A stretch of DNA of 32,000 bases. It comes from an uncultured Kingella sp. (lineage in GTDB: Bacteria; Pseudomonadota; Gammaproteobacteria; Burkholderiales; Neisseriaceae). Under the pieces are notes generated by a model. The model was not told where the DNA came from, searched no databases, and worked only from the letters and a program-made list of their open reading frames with translations. Shown piece after piece: positions 7,627 through 14,968 of this stretch (position 1 is the stretch's first letter; each line of letters begins with the position of its first letter). Both the position numbers and the translations under genes were made by a program. Location of the stretch: the NCBI GenBank assembly GCA_963520685.1, contig CAUQSD010000019.1, positions 1-32,000 of the forward strand, written 5' to 3'.

Positions 7627-8592
7627 ATGACGACAATTTACTTGGGCTTAGATATCGGTAAAGACAATATTGATGCTGTAACTGCTCAAACACCGCACAT
7701 TACCGTCTCCAATGACGAAGCTGGCTATCGGAAACTGTTGGATTATCTGCAAATTCACCAATTGGATTTAACCCGTATCCATGCCTGCTGCGAATCCACC
7801 AATATCTATTATCTCGGCATTGCCGCCTATCTTTACCGGCACAATATTAAAATCAGCGTCATAAACCCTACCGCCATTAAAGCCTATGCCAAGATGCAGC
7901 TTAGGCGGGTTAAAACGGATAAGCAGGATGCCAAGATGATAGCCGATTATTGTCGTAAAGAGCAGCCCGCAGCATGGCAGCCTGAAAGCGATATTAAAAG
8001 GCAGCTTAAAAACCTGCACCGCCGCATAGAGCAACTTAATGAAATCCATATCCAAGAGCAAAACCGCTTACAGGTTGCCGACGACTGTACCAAAGAATCC
8101 ATAGAGTACCTGATAGCAACCCTGCAAACGCAAATCGCCGGCTGCCGTAAACAGATGCAGGACATTATAGACAAATCGGCGGATTTAAAGCGCAAGCAGA
8201 AAAACCTTGAAACCATACCCGGTATCGGCCGAACTACCGCTCAAATACTGTTGTCGGTCTTAATCGATTTGGAGCGGTTTGAAACCTCCAAGCACCTTAT
8301 CAGCTATTTGGGCTTAAGCCCTATTATCCGTGATAGCGGCAAGTACAAGGGCTTGCAGCGTGTATCCAAAATGGGTAGCCGTTCGGTACGCAAAAGTCTG
8401 TATATGCCCGCAAGGACAGCCTGCACCCGCTCCAAGCTTTGGCGTGCGTGGTTTGACTACCAAATCGGACGTGGCAAACACCCTAAGCAGGTTTACGTTA
8501 TGATGATGTGCAAAATCCTACGCTATGCCTATGCCTGTCTGAAAACGGACAAGCCTTTTGATGCTTCGCTTCATAAGAAACCAAATAGTTAA
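7627..8592 (+). CDS. IS110 / Piv-family DEDD transposase (recombinase)
   Basis: 321 aa with LGLDIGKD, CCESTNIYY and RVKTDKQDAKMIA (DEDD_Tnp_IS110), and C-terminal IPGIGRTTAQ...GLSPIIRDSGKYKG...SKMGSRSVRKSLYM (Transposase_20). ATG at 7627 after GTAAGG is preferred over TTG at 7618. Confidence 0.92.
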   Translation: MTTIYLGLDIGKDNIDAVTAQTPHITVSNDEAGYRKLLDYLQIHQLDLTRIHACCESTNIYYLGIAAYLYRHNIKISVINPTAIKAYAKMQLRRVKTDKQDAKMIADYCRKEQPAAWQPESDIKRQLKNLHRRIEQLNEIHIQEQNRLQVADDCTKESIEYLIATLQTQIAGCRKQMQDIIDKSADLKRKQKNLETIPGIGRTTAQILLSVLIDLERFETSKHLISYLGLSPIIRDSGKYKGLQRVSKMGSRSVRKSLYMPARTACTRSKLWRAWFDYQIGRGKHPKQVYVMMMCKILRYAYACLKTDKPFDASLHKKPNS

Positions 8593-8606
8593 GTTTTGTA
8601 AATTCA

Positions 8607-8612
8607 TTGACA
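8607..8612 (+). promoter_or_regulatory. Outward-facing consensus -35 hexamer TTGACA at the prophage right end
   Basis: Exact TTGACA lies 8 nt before the terminal AGTATCTTT, and no -10 follows in the integrated state. Compatible with a circle-junction promoter half-site. Confidence 0.3.
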
Positions 8613-8634
8613 AAAATTACAGTATCTTTTGGGT

Positions 8635-9288
8635 TTACAGCGCGCGGTCAAAATACAGATTGACGCTGCTTGCCGCTGCCATGTTGCGCAGATAGGTTTC
8701 CACGTTCTGCGGATAGGCGAGGGACTGGACCATACTGAGGTTGCGCAGCAGCGGGAAGACGATGATGTCTTCCATACTCAGGTTTTGGCCGTTGAGACAG
8801 CTGCTGCCTGCCGTCAGGCGGGAGAGTTCCTGCAAATCGGCCTCGGCGCGGGCAAGGTATTCGGGGGTTTCGGCAAGCATTTGGGCAAATGTTTTGCCGC
8901 TGAATGCTTCTTTTTTGGCGGTGAAATAGTCTATTGCGGACTGGGTGGCAAATTCGGGCAGGCCGAGGCGGATGCTGCGGGGATAGAGCAGGTTGGTGAT
9001 GTAGCCGCTGACGCGGTCGTACCATGCTTGGATTTCGGGGCGGATTTGGGGGGCGATGGCTTCGCCGCCGTTGCATTGGGCCAGATAGTGCACGATGTCT
9101 AGGCTCTCGCCCATGAAGCTGCCGTCCGGTTTTTCCAGAATGGGGACTTGTTTTGCACCAATCATACGGATGGGGGTTGCTTCGTCGTCATTGGCAAGGT
9201 AGGCGGTGGCAACGGGCAGCTTGCGCAGGCCGATAACGATGCGGGGGCGTACGCAGAAGGGGCAGTGGTCGTATATATAGAGTTTCAT
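8635..9288 (-). CDS. grxB: Glutaredoxin 2
   Basis: MKLYIYDHCPFCVRPR...GAKQVPILEKPDGSFMGESLDIVHY aligns along its whole length with E. coli GrxB as I recall it (CPYC-type site, about 215 aa). Confidence 0.93.
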   Translation of the reverse strand: MKLYIYDHCPFCVRPRIVIGLRKLPVATAYLANDDEATPIRMIGAKQVPILEKPDGSFMGESLDIVHYLAQCNGGEAIAPQIRPEIQAWYDRVSGYITNLLYPRSIRLGLPEFATQSAIDYFTAKKEAFSGKTFAQMLAETPEYLARAEADLQELSRLTAGSSCLNGQNLSMEDIIVFPLLRNLSMVQSLAYPQNVETYLRNMAAASSVNLYFDRAL

Positions 9289-9311
9289 GGGGTTTCCTTT
9301 CTGGGATGATG

Positions 9312-9346
9312 TTCAGGCTGCCTGTCTTGGGATGGGGCAGCCTGAA
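9312..9346. terminator. Inverted DUS pair downstream of slt
   Basis: TTCAGGCTGCCT at 9312-9323 and GGGCAGCCTGAA at 9335-9346. Confidence 0.6.
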
Positions 9347-9352
9347 AAGGGT

Positions 9353-11227
9353 TTAGCGGGCGGGAACGGTTCCCAGCCGTTGTTTGAGCGAAGTTTTCGG
9401 TTCACCTAGGATATTGGCGTAGTACACGGAGTTTGCCAGCACTTTTTTTACATAGTCGCGGGTTTCGTTGAAGGGGATGGTTTCGGCATATATCGCGCCT
9501 TCCATGGGCTGCCCCTGCCATTTGCGGGCGCGGCCGGGGCCGGCGTTGTAGCCTGCGGTGGCGAGTACTTCGCTGCCTTGCAGGTTGTTGCGTGCGTCTG
9601 CCAGATACCATGTGCCCATGCGGATGTTGCCCTCTGTGGTGTATAGGTCGTTGCTGTCCATGCCGGTTTTGCGGGCTATCAGGGCTGCGGTGGCGGGCAT
9701 CACCTGCATCAGGCCTTGTGCGCCTGCGCCTGATTTCGCGCCCATCACGAAGCGGCTTTCTTGGCGTATCAGTCCGTAAACCCATGCGGGGTCAATGCCT
9801 GCCTGACGGCTGTATTGCGTAACCGAATCGCGGTAGGGGGTGGGATAGCGCAGGTTGAAATCGAGCAGGTTGTGGGTTTTGTCTGCGCTGTAAATAGACA
9901 TTTCGTAGAACTGGTGGTTGGCGGCGAGCTTGGATGCGGCAAGCAGCGTGCCTTCGTTCATGCCGCGTGTGGCGTAACGCCATTCGGCCTGAGCCTGCCG
10001 GCGCATTTTCCAATCGCCGCCCTGCCGGCTGGTGTGGAACAGATCCAGCGCACGGGCGATTGCGCCGTCTTTTGCCAGCCGGCTGATGTGGGCATCGGCT
10101 GCGGCGGGGGCGTTGCTGCGGGTGCTGGCGCGCTGCCCCATTTCTTCGGTTGCCAGAATGGCGTAGAAATTGCGTCCGCTGGCGGCGGCTTTCTGATAAA
10201 GCGCGCGGGCTTCGTTCTGCTGCCCCTGTGCGGCGAGGCTGCGTCCCAGCCAGTATTGCCATGCGGGGTCGTTTTGCAGCTTGGGCGGCATGGAGCGGAT
10301 GATGCCTACCAGCTCTGTCCAGTTCTGCTGGCGCAGTGCGGCGCGGGCAAACCATTCAAACTGGTCGGGGGTGAGCTGGCTGCGTTCGGCATTGCGGTAA
10401 TACGCCAGTGCACCGCCCATGTTTTGGTTTTTGGCGTGTGCCAGTCCCAAAACGCCCCATGCGAAGCCTGCCTGCTCGTTGTTCAGGCTGCCTGAAATCT
10501 GTTGCAGGCGGGCGGCGGCGGCATCGGGTGTTTTTTGTGCGGCGGGACTGATGACGTTTGACAGCATATTTTCCTGTGCGCCATAACCTGATGCGGCATC
10601 CAGCGGGCTGCCGAGCGCGGCGGCCAGTGCGCCTGCATCGGTGGTTTGTCCGCTGCTGATAAGCCCGCGTACGCGCCGCCATGCGCGGCTTGGGTTGAGC
10701 TGGGTGGCGCGGGCTTGCAGCAGTGTGTTGCAGCCTGCGGGCAGTTTGCCCGTTTCTTCTGTTAGGCCGCCGATAAATTCGGCATCGTTTTCAATGCCGA
10801 ACAAATGGGCATAGCAGCGGGTTTCCTGACTGCGCCCGTCTGCATCCAACAGTGCGTATTGCTGGGCGAACAGTGCATTCTGCCCGCGCCGGCCCAGGCT
10901 TTTGAGCCATTCGTTGCGCACGCTCTCACCCATTGCGCTGCTGCTTTGGCGGGCGAGAAACTGGGCAGGGGTGTTGTCGTCGCCGCTTTTTGCCGCTGCC
11001 AACACGCTGTCCAGCATGCTGAAATCGGCCATCGTCTGCTGCGCGGCCTGATAGGGGCGTTCGTGCGGGTGGCTGAATGCAGCATCGGGGTCGGCGGAAA
11101 CGGGCGCGAGCGGCTGCTCTGCGGGCTTGTGTCGGGTGTGTTCGGATGCGCACGCTGCCAGCAGGGCGATGAAAAGCCCGCCCAAACTGTTGGCAATGGC
11201 GCGCAGGAGAGTCATCAGAAGTTCCAT
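9353..11227 (-). CDS. slt: Lytic murein transglycosylase, Slt70 / LtgA-like lipoprotein
   Basis: 624 aa with lipobox LLAAC near the N-terminus. It has a superhelical TPR-like region and a C-terminal SLT domain with ESRF, GLMQVMPATA and AGYNAGPGRARKW. Confidence 0.9.
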   Translation of the reverse strand: MELLMTLLRAIANSLGGLFIALLAACASEHTRHKPAEQPLAPVSADPDAAFSHPHERPYQAAQQTMADFSMLDSVLAAAKSGDDNTPAQFLARQSSSAMGESVRNEWLKSLGRRGQNALFAQQYALLDADGRSQETRCYAHLFGIENDAEFIGGLTEETGKLPAGCNTLLQARATQLNPSRAWRRVRGLISSGQTTDAGALAAALGSPLDAASGYGAQENMLSNVISPAAQKTPDAAAARLQQISGSLNNEQAGFAWGVLGLAHAKNQNMGGALAYYRNAERSQLTPDQFEWFARAALRQQNWTELVGIIRSMPPKLQNDPAWQYWLGRSLAAQGQQNEARALYQKAAASGRNFYAILATEEMGQRASTRSNAPAAADAHISRLAKDGAIARALDLFHTSRQGGDWKMRRQAQAEWRYATRGMNEGTLLAASKLAANHQFYEMSIYSADKTHNLLDFNLRYPTPYRDSVTQYSRQAGIDPAWVYGLIRQESRFVMGAKSGAGAQGLMQVMPATAALIARKTGMDSNDLYTTEGNIRMGTWYLADARNNLQGSEVLATAGYNAGPGRARKWQGQPMEGAIYAETIPFNETRDYVKKVLANSVYYANILGEPKTSLKQRLGTVPAR

Positions 11228-11296
11228 ATGTAAATCTTTAATCTTTATCGGTTAATAAAATCGGCAAGGGGGGCGAATCATATCAGTTTTTGGGGT

Positions 11297-11370
11297 TTCA
11301 GGCTGCCTGAAAGGGGCGGGGCAGCCTGAAAAAAGCAGCCCCTTTTGTTCGGGTTGTTCGGGCTGCTTTT
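11297..11370. terminator. DUS inverted pair plus AAGCAGCCC/GGGCTGCTT hairpin downstream of tmk
   Basis: DUS copies at 11297-11308 and 11319-11330, and a second stem at 11333-11342/11361-11370. Confidence 0.55.
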
Positions 11371-11405
11371 GTGTGCGGCGATTCCGTTTTCAGCCGCCTG
11401 CGCGT

Positions 11406-12026
11406 TCATTGTTCAAATATTTTGTCCAGCAGGGCTTCAATTTCGGTGCGCACGGTGTTTTTGCTGCGGCTGCTGTCCACCACGGCATAGCGTTCGGGCG
11501 AGGCGGCGGCGCGGGCGAGATAGGTTTGGCGGACGCGGCGGAAAAAGTCGGCCTGTTCGCGCTCAAAGCGGTCTTTTTCACGGCCGCTTGCGATGCGTTC
11601 CAGCGAAACTTCCAGCGGCACATCCAAAAGGATGGTGAAATCGGGTTTCAGGCTGCCCTGCACCCAGCTTTCCAGCGCGGCAATCCTGTCTTCCGCCAGC
11701 CCGCGCCCGCCGCCCTGATAGGCGAAGGTGGCATCGGTGAAGCGGTCGCTCACCACGTTTTCGCTGCGCAGGAGGGCAGGGCGGATGACATCGTGCAGGT
11801 GCTGGCTGCGGGCGGCGAACATCAGCAGCGTTTCGGCTTCCAGCGATATTTGTGTTTCGGGGGCGAGCAGCAGGGCGCGAAGCTGTTCGCCCAAAGGCGT
11901 GCCGCCCGGTTCGCGGGTGAACAGGGCTTGTTTTCCGTGCGCGGCGAACCATTCGCGCACCACGTTGAGCTGGGTGGTTTTGCCTGCGCCGTCTATGCCG
12001 TCCAAAACGATGAATTTTGCTGCCAT
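11406..12026 (-). CDS. tmk: Thymidylate kinase
   Basis: MAAKFIVLDGIDGAGKTTQ (P-loop), REPGGTPLGE, and a DRF motif. The longer track ORF (to 12155) runs into the MITE and is rejected. Confidence 0.93.
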   Translation of the reverse strand: MAAKFIVLDGIDGAGKTTQLNVVREWFAAHGKQALFTREPGGTPLGEQLRALLLAPETQISLEAETLLMFAARSQHLHDVIRPALLRSENVVSDRFTDATFAYQGGGRGLAEDRIAALESWVQGSLKPDFTILLDVPLEVSLERIASGREKDRFEREQADFFRRVRQTYLARAAASPERYAVVDSSRSKNTVRTEIEALLDKIFEQ

Positions 12027-12070
12027 TGCTGTGTCTCCGTGTAAAATTTCGTCGGGTTTTGCAAGCATAT

Positions 12071-12215
12071 TGAGACCTTTGCAAAACCTCAAATTTGAGC
12101 ACGGTTCAAAGCAATAGCATCGCAAAACGCGCAGATAATATTGAGATATTTTCAAGCGTTAGAGAAGCGCATTGCGAAGAAATGGGCCAAAGATGAGGAT
12201 TTTGCAAAGGTCTCA
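12071..12215 (+). mobile_element. MITE copy B (145 bp) with TGAGACCTTTGCAAAA terminal inverted repeats
   Basis: The ends are inverted repeats. It is flanked by the 3-bp direct repeat TAT and closely matches 20685-20830. Confidence 0.8.
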
Positions 12216-12329
12216 TATTGTATGGTAAAAAAATGGGCAGTGTTATAGAATACGCACGGAAAAAACGCGCATCGCGAGGTGGTGCGTGAGATGAGTTTTC
12301 CCCACCCACTCTTTTGAAAGGACATCGCC

Positions 12330-12557
12330 ATGTTCCCCGAATACCGTGATTTGATTAGCAAACTGAAACAGACGGACGCGCATTTCGCACGCGTGTTTGA
12401 CGAGCATAACGAGCTGGACGACAAAATCAACGGCTTGGAAAACAATCCTGTTACCAGCGCAACGGCAGATGCCGAAGTGCAGGCACTGAAACACAAAAAA
12501 CTGGCTTTGAAAGACGAGCTTTACCGCCTGCTTAAAGAAGCCGAAGCCAAGCTGTAA
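12330..12557 (+). CDS. DUF465 (YdcH-like) family protein
   Basis: 75 aa: MFPEYRDLISKLKQTDAHFARVFDEHNELDDKI...LKHKKLALKDELYRLL, the typical DUF465 signature. Confidence 0.85.
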   Translation: MFPEYRDLISKLKQTDAHFARVFDEHNELDDKINGLENNPVTSATADAEVQALKHKKLALKDELYRLLKEAEAKL

Positions 12558-12570
12558 ACAGACATAACGA

Positions 12571-12605
12571 AAGCCGCTGTCTCCTCCGACGGGACGGCGG
12601 CTTTT
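12571..12605 (+). terminator. Rho-independent terminator of the DUF465 gene
   Basis: Stem AAGCCGCTGTC / GACGGCGGCTT (one G.U pair) with an 11-nt loop, followed by TTTT. Confidence 0.65.
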
Positions 12606-12770
12606 ATAGTGGATTAACGATACGCGGGGCGGCGGTTGGATGCATTTGTCGGGCGGGCACTGGCTGCCCATGCGTTTCAGGCTGCCTTGGGATACGGAAC
12701 GCGCGGGCAACCAGTGCCCGCCCTACGAAAAACCGCAAACCCCGTCTCATTTCTATTTTAATCCGCTTAA
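12605..12770. repeat. Correia-like shell (TATAGTGGATTAA ... TTAATCCGCTTA) enclosing one REP-DUS-REP unit
   Basis: The left end is identical to the CREE terminus. The right end GTCTCATTTCTATTTTAATCC matches the CREE subterminus. The interior carries GTCGGGCGGGCAC..TGCCC, a DUS (12676-12687) and GCGGGCAACCAGTGCCCGCCCTAC. Confidence 0.6.
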
Positions 12771-12858
12771 AAAAACATCATGCAGACACCCCAACCCGCC
12801 GCTGCCGCGTTTTTCATTAAAACGGCACACGGCGCGGCACCACAAAAGGAGGCGCACC

Positions 12859-13536
12859 ATGCGCATACTGCTGGTTGAAGACGACGGCATGATTGCCCAA
12901 GCCGTTGCCGCAGGGCTGAAACACGCAGGCTATGCCGCCGACCATGCGGCAGACGGCGAAACCGCCGAATCCGCCCTGCGTGCGCAGAATTACGACCTGA
13001 TGCTGCTGGACTTGGGGCTGCCGAAGAAAGACGGCTTGCAGGTATTGCAGCGCATACGCCAAAGCGGGCAGACCCTGCCCGTGCTGGTGCTGACTGCGCG
13101 CGACGATTTGGACAGCCGTCTGGCCGGCTTGGACGGCGGTGCGGACGACTATATCGTGAAACCGTTTGACATGGCGGAGCTGTTGGCACGCATCAGAGCG
13201 GTATTGCGCCGCCGCATGGGGCATGCCTCCGCCGTTATCGGCAACGGCCTGATGACGCTTGACCCCGCCAGCCGCCAAGTGCACATCAACGGGCAGCCTG
13301 AAAGCATTCCGCTGAGCAGCCGCGAATTTGCCGTGCTGCACGCCCTGCTGGCCCGCGCGGGCGTTATCCATTCCCGCGCCGATTTGGAAGACAAGGTTTA
13401 TCCGTGGGGCGAGGAAGTGGAAAGCAACGCAATTGATTTTCTCATCCACGCACTGCGCAAGAAGCTTGGCAAAGACAGCATCAAAAACGTGCGCGGCGTG
13501 GGCTGGCTGGTGGACAAAGCGGACGGTGCGCCATGA
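12859..13536 (+). CDS. OmpR/PhoB-family response regulator
   Basis: RBS AAAGGAGG. MRILLVEDD...LMLLDLGLPKKDG...DDYIVKPF forms the receiver domain, and a C-terminal winged helix carries REFAVLHAL...VRGVGW. The upstream extension of the track ORF is repeat-derived. Confidence 0.93.
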   Translation: MRILLVEDDGMIAQAVAAGLKHAGYAADHAADGETAESALRAQNYDLMLLDLGLPKKDGLQVLQRIRQSGQTLPVLVLTARDDLDSRLAGLDGGADDYIVKPFDMAELLARIRAVLRRRMGHASAVIGNGLMTLDPASRQVHINGQPESIPLSSREFAVLHALLARAGVIHSRADLEDKVYPWGEEVESNAIDFLIHALRKKLGKDSIKNVRGVGWLVDKADGAP

Positions 13537-14834
13537 TACGGCGCGTGTTTTCCTCGCTCCAATGGCGGCTGGCGGCGGCGTTTTCGCTGGCCGCGCTGGT
13601 TCTGTCTCTAGCCGCCGGCGGCGCGGTGTTTTACGACATTTATCACGAAACCCACAAACTGCAAGACGACCTGCTGCGGCAGGTGTCCGCCTATGTGCAG
13701 TATTCGGGCAGCCTGAAAAAAGGTGTAAAGAGCAAAAAAGACGCACACATTCTGGTGTTCACCGAACAAAACCCGCCGCATGACGGACAGGCGGCGCAGG
13801 TGTTCGCCCGCGCCCAAAAAGGGTTTTACGAATTTGCCGAAGGCAAAAAGCGTTACCGCGCCTATCTGCGCGAAACCGATTCGGGCTGGGTGCTGGTGGC
13901 GCAGGAAACCAGATACCGTGAAGATTTGGCGATGCGTGCCGCCCAAAACAGCGCGCTGCCGCTGCTGGTGATGCTGCCGCTGATGCTGGTGCTGACGGTG
14001 CTGGTTGTGCACAGAAACATGCGCCCCGTGCGCCGCCTGTCGCAGGAAGTGGAACAGCGGGCCGCACAGGAACTTGCACCGCTGCCCGTGCAGGACGTGC
14101 CGTCCGAAATACAGGGTTTCGTGTCCGCCATCAACTGCCTGCTGGTGAAAACAGACGGTTTTGTACGCAGCCAGCAACGGTTTATCGCCGATGCCTCCCA
14201 CGAACTGCGCACCCCGCTCACCGCGTTGTCGCTGCAAACCGAGCAGTTGCAGCAGATGCCGCTGGACGGCGATGCGCGTGCACAGGTGGCGCTGCTGCGG
14301 CAGGGCATTCTGCGCAGCCGGCACCTGATGGAGCAGCTTCTGTCGCTGGCACGCCTGCAAAACGCGCCGCCCGAGCCGCCGCAGGATGTGCCGCTGGACA
14401 AAGTGTTCCGCCGCGCCATCGGCGACATTTGGCCGCTGGCGGCGGCAAAATCGCAGGATGTGGGCGACGTTTCAGGCTGCCCCGTTACCGCGCGCGGGCA
14501 GGAAGCCGATTTTTACCTGCTCGCCAAAACGCTGCTGGACAATGCCGTGCGCTACACGCCGCCCGAAAGCCGCATAGACATTTCCGCCGAAGAAACCGCA
14601 TCCGAATGGATTATCCGTGTGGAAGACAACGGACCGGGCATCCCCGAAGCCGAACGCGCACGCGCGGTTGAGCCGTTTTACCGCATACTCGGTACGCAGG
14701 AACAAGGGTCGGGACTGGGGCTGGCGATAGCGGCGGAAATCGCCCGACGCTGCGGCGGCAGCCTGAAACTGGCAGACAGCATCCGTTTCCCGCACGGGCT
14801 GCTGGCAGAAATCCGCCTGCCCAAACCGGTGTAG
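13533..14834 (+). CDS. Sensor histidine kinase (two TM segments, HisKA + HATPase_c)
   Basis: ATGA overlap with the regulator gene. H-box is SHELRTPLTAL, N-box is LLDNAVRYTP, and G-boxes are EDNGPGIP and GSGLGLAI. Confidence 0.9.
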   Translation: MIRRVFSSLQWRLAAAFSLAALVLSLAAGGAVFYDIYHETHKLQDDLLRQVSAYVQYSGSLKKGVKSKKDAHILVFTEQNPPHDGQAAQVFARAQKGFYEFAEGKKRYRAYLRETDSGWVLVAQETRYREDLAMRAAQNSALPLLVMLPLMLVLTVLVVHRNMRPVRRLSQEVEQRAAQELAPLPVQDVPSEIQGFVSAINCLLVKTDGFVRSQQRFIADASHELRTPLTALSLQTEQLQQMPLDGDARAQVALLRQGILRSRHLMEQLLSLARLQNAPPEPPQDVPLDKVFRRAIGDIWPLAAAKSQDVGDVSGCPVTARGQEADFYLLAKTLLDNAVRYTPPESRIDISAEETASEWIIRVEDNGPGIPEAERARAVEPFYRILGTQEQGSGLGLAIAAEIARRCGGSLKLADSIRFPHGLLAEIRLPKPV

Positions 14835-14910
14835 ACAGAGCCGTTGGAGACGGGGCGCACATTGCCGCTTTGTCGGGCGGGCACTCGCTGCCCACGCGTT
14901 CTGCGTCCCG

Positions 14911-14968
14911 AGGCAGCCTGAAAAAAACCGATGGACATCACAATCCATCGGTTTTTTTCAGGCTGCCT
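14911..14968. terminator. Bidirectional terminator: DUS inverted pair with nested CCGATGGA/TCCATCGG hairpin flanked by A7/T7
   Basis: AGGCAGCCTGAA at 14911-14922 and TTCAGGCTGCCT at 14957-14968, between convergent genes. Confidence 0.7.

Larger units (their letters stand above)
210..8629 (+). mobile_element. Filamentous (Inoviridae, Nf/MDA-like) prophage, about 8.4 kb; boundaries tentative
   Basis: Abrupt drop in GC, canonical inovirus gene order (Rep, SSB-size ORF, major coat, adsorption protein, g6p-like, Zot), no secretin, and an IS110-family transposase at the right end. AGTATCTTT occurs at both edges (210-218, 8621-8629). Joining the flanks restores a plausible grxB 3' region. Confidence 0.8.

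Noticed and set aside
210-8629. XerCD/dif-mediated (CTX-phi-like) or tyrosine-integrase-mediated integration of the prophage.
   Set aside because: I could find no dif-like 28-mer at either junction and no integrase ORF. The only recombinase present is the IS110-family enzyme.
12817-13746. Long ORFs antisense to or overlapping real genes in the high-GC part. Examples are 12817-13746(-), 13608-14360(-), 19594-20535(-), 19994-20770(-), 21838-23082(+), 23475-24185(-), 24122-25066(-), 25473-26663(+), 27847-28662(-) and 9761-10495(+).
   Set aside because: They overlap genes with clear motif support on another strand or frame. Their translations are Arg/Ala/Pro/Gly-rich, as is typical of shadow frames in GC-rich DNA, and show no recognisable motifs.
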